DNA of 62,848 bases, counting the filler, from Trypethelium eluteriae (Eukaryota), in NCBI GenBank assembly GCA_051942245.1. It is 2 parts of 2 records of this genome, joined end to end, with 100 filler letters (N's around TTAATTAATTAA, not from the genome) between each part and the next. Parts side by side here need not be neighbours in the genome. Positions count along the whole stretch, not along the records: positions 31,558 to 62,848 come from JAVECL010000275.1; 1 more part is not named here. One strand, written 5' to 3'. Made by a program: the position numbers and the translations under genes. Positions within the stretch are counted from its first letter, which is position 1. Each line of letters opens with the position of its first letter. Shown here in pieces: positions 61,346-62,848 of this stretch. The notes below the pieces were generated by a model. It had not been told where the DNA came from. It ran no database searches and saw nothing but the letters and a program-made list of their open reading frames with translations.

Positions 61346-62848
61346 ATGTTGGTACCGCGCGCATTCAGTTATGCATCGATTCAGAAGCAGCATGTTGAGG
61401 TATATGAGGAGAAACCAAAGCGGCCGTCGCTGGCGAAGGTGGACGCTCTGACGTCGAAATCGAAGTCGTCCGGTCCGGGCCCGATGCCCACAAAACCAGT
61501 CGGAATCCCACAACGAGGTTCGGAATCCCCTCAAAATGCCGTTCGAAAGAGAGGCAACACCGCGCAGCATGGCAGCCAGTCTGCACCAAGACCGGGACTT
61601 GGGCATGATCCGGCTAAAATGTCTCCATCTGTTGCGGCTTTGCTGGCCATGACGACCATTCCTCCACCGAAGCGTCACCAAACCAGTCGAAAGAGAAGGA
61701 ATGCAACACCGAGACGAGTTTCGATAGATGAATTGATACAAGACTGGCGCTCTGATGAACCAACCTCGTCTCCGTCTGCAGGCGGTGATTCACCTCTCAA
61801 TATTCTTTTGGAACCTCCAGAGGAGCAAGATATTGATGATTCCAATACCCTTTGCAATAATCAACAACAGGACCTACCGACTTCTCGTTCTGCATCTAGC
61901 GAGTCGATTCCCTCGCTTGGCACAGATGGAGCTTCTGTCTTCTCGAGCAGTCTGCCGACCCCAGACGGCTTCCGCGGCCCAAAATCATTCGAGAGAAAGG
62001 CCAAATCCTTCTCGTCCCCCGAATCTGAGTCCTGCGAGTCAGACCATCCTCTCTTGCGCCCACTTCAAGTCGAAGATGAGGAAATGAACCCTCCCATTAA
62101 ATCTCCGGCTATCTCCAGTCTTTCAACCCCCCGACAAATATCCCCGCCAACCCTGACGGCAACCTTCAAGTCCAATCTTACCGCATCTCTCCTCGCCCTC
62201 AAATCGGCCGCGAAGTCCTTCTCCAATTTCTCCGCGCCTTCCCTCCCCTACGATGACCTCCTCACCCGCTCCATCATCTACCCCCGCTTTACCCCAGAGA
62301 TGCGACCGAAGCCGGTTCATGGCATCCCCGAACCCGCCTTCCGCCGCTACCTCAACCCGAATCTCGCCCAACAACCGTCAACATGGCAGCGCAGTCCCCT
62401 GCATGCCTCCACCTCCTCCCACGATTCCGCCATCCTCTACTACGACGCAGAACGACAGCTTCACGAACCCCTCGAGGCGGCAACCCCCATGATCCAACTC
62501 CAAACATACGAGAATGGTCGCCCTGTCCCCGCGCGCCGAGTTGTGGCTAAAGGAGGGCCCCCTCGAGGCGTCGCTCCTGATCCCTCGACCGAAATTGGAC
62601 GTGTTCTGGCTGGCGCCAGTCCCTACGGTGCTGACGGCGAGGGTGCAGCGGCCCTGGTGCGCCAACGCGAGCCGCGCGAAAACAGCGATTTTCTGCGGAT
62701 GGTGGTGCTCGAGATGAATATGCGGCGGGTCGGGAAGCTGGATCCGAAGAAGGGGCGAGCGAAGATGTGGTTGCCGCCGAGGCAGGCGATGGCGGTGAAG
62801 AGTATGAGCAGCAGTGCTGATACCGATGTTGTTGCCGTGGGCTATGGT
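61346..62848 (+). CDS. Conserved fungal protein of unknown function, 3' end runs off the window
   Basis: Frame open to the window end: MLVPRAFSY...SPSVAALLAMTTIP...FKSNLTASLLALKSAA...RQREPRENSDFLRMVVLEMNMRRVGKL..GRAKMWLPPR (from recall, resembles the S. pombe PB1A10.08-like family). Confidence 0.8.
   Translation, partial: MLVPRAFSYASIQKQHVEVYEEKPKRPSLAKVDALTSKSKSSGPGPMPTKPVGIPQRGSESPQNAVRKRGNTAQHGSQSAPRPGLGHDPAKMSPSVAALLAMTTIPPPKRHQTSRKRRNATPRRVSIDELIQDWRSDEPTSSPSAGGDSPLNILLEPPEEQDIDDSNTLCNNQQQDLPTSRSASSESIPSLGTDGASVFSSSLPTPDGFRGPKSFERKAKSFSSPESESCESDHPLLRPLQVEDEEMNPPIKSPAISSLSTPRQISPPTLTATFKSNLTASLLALKSAAKSFSNFSAPSLPYDDLLTRSIIYPRFTPEMRPKPVHGIPEPAFRRYLNPNLAQQPSTWQRSPLHASTSSHDSAILYYDAERQLHEPLEAATPMIQLQTYENGRPVPARRVVAKGGPPRGVAPDPSTEIGRVLAGASPYGADGEGAAALVRQREPRENSDFLRMVVLEMNMRRVGKLDPKKGRAKMWLPPRQAMAVKSMSSSADTDVVAVGYG

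Noticed and set aside
61067..61741. 224-aa minus-strand ORF
   Set aside because: Antisense shadow of the plus-strand conserved gene starting at 61346.
1..62848. tRNA, rRNA, CRISPR arrays, intact transposons
   Set aside because: None recognised by eye; tRNAscan-SE, Infernal and a repeat search were not run.

Overview
Eukaryotic, intron-rich DNA from a filamentous ascomycete (Pezizomycotina; GT-AG introns with CTRAY branch sites, palI, Atg29, Mkt1). It is two contigs joined by an artificial N-TTAATTAATTAA-N linker at 31458-31557, so adjacency across that point is unproven. The first ~15 kb is an accessory, partly decayed secondary-metabolism-type region: an M20 amidohydrolase, a PKS enoyl-reductase relic, an FSH1/LovG-like esterase pseudogene, a carboxymuconolactone-decarboxylase-like pseudogene, a FAD oxidoreductase, two PTH11-like membrane proteins and a small orphan ORF. 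The rest is mostly conserved genes: lactonase, ATG29, palI, HEM3, an O-methyltransferase, an arrestin, DPB11, a 2OG-Fe(II) oxygenase, MKT1, NDUFAF6, RAD5 and a PMP22-family protein. Best candidates for new biology: (1) a ~130-nt branched RNA structure filling the last ATG29 intron, whose retention would delete the Atg29 C-terminal tail; (2) a SprT-like domain with HQxxH instead of HExxH fused to a BTB-like domain; (3) a Doa1/PLAA-like segment inside an 800-aa disordered protein; (4) a tandem-repeat ORF just behind NDUFAF6. All family calls come from motif recognition by eye; no database searches or folding programs were run.
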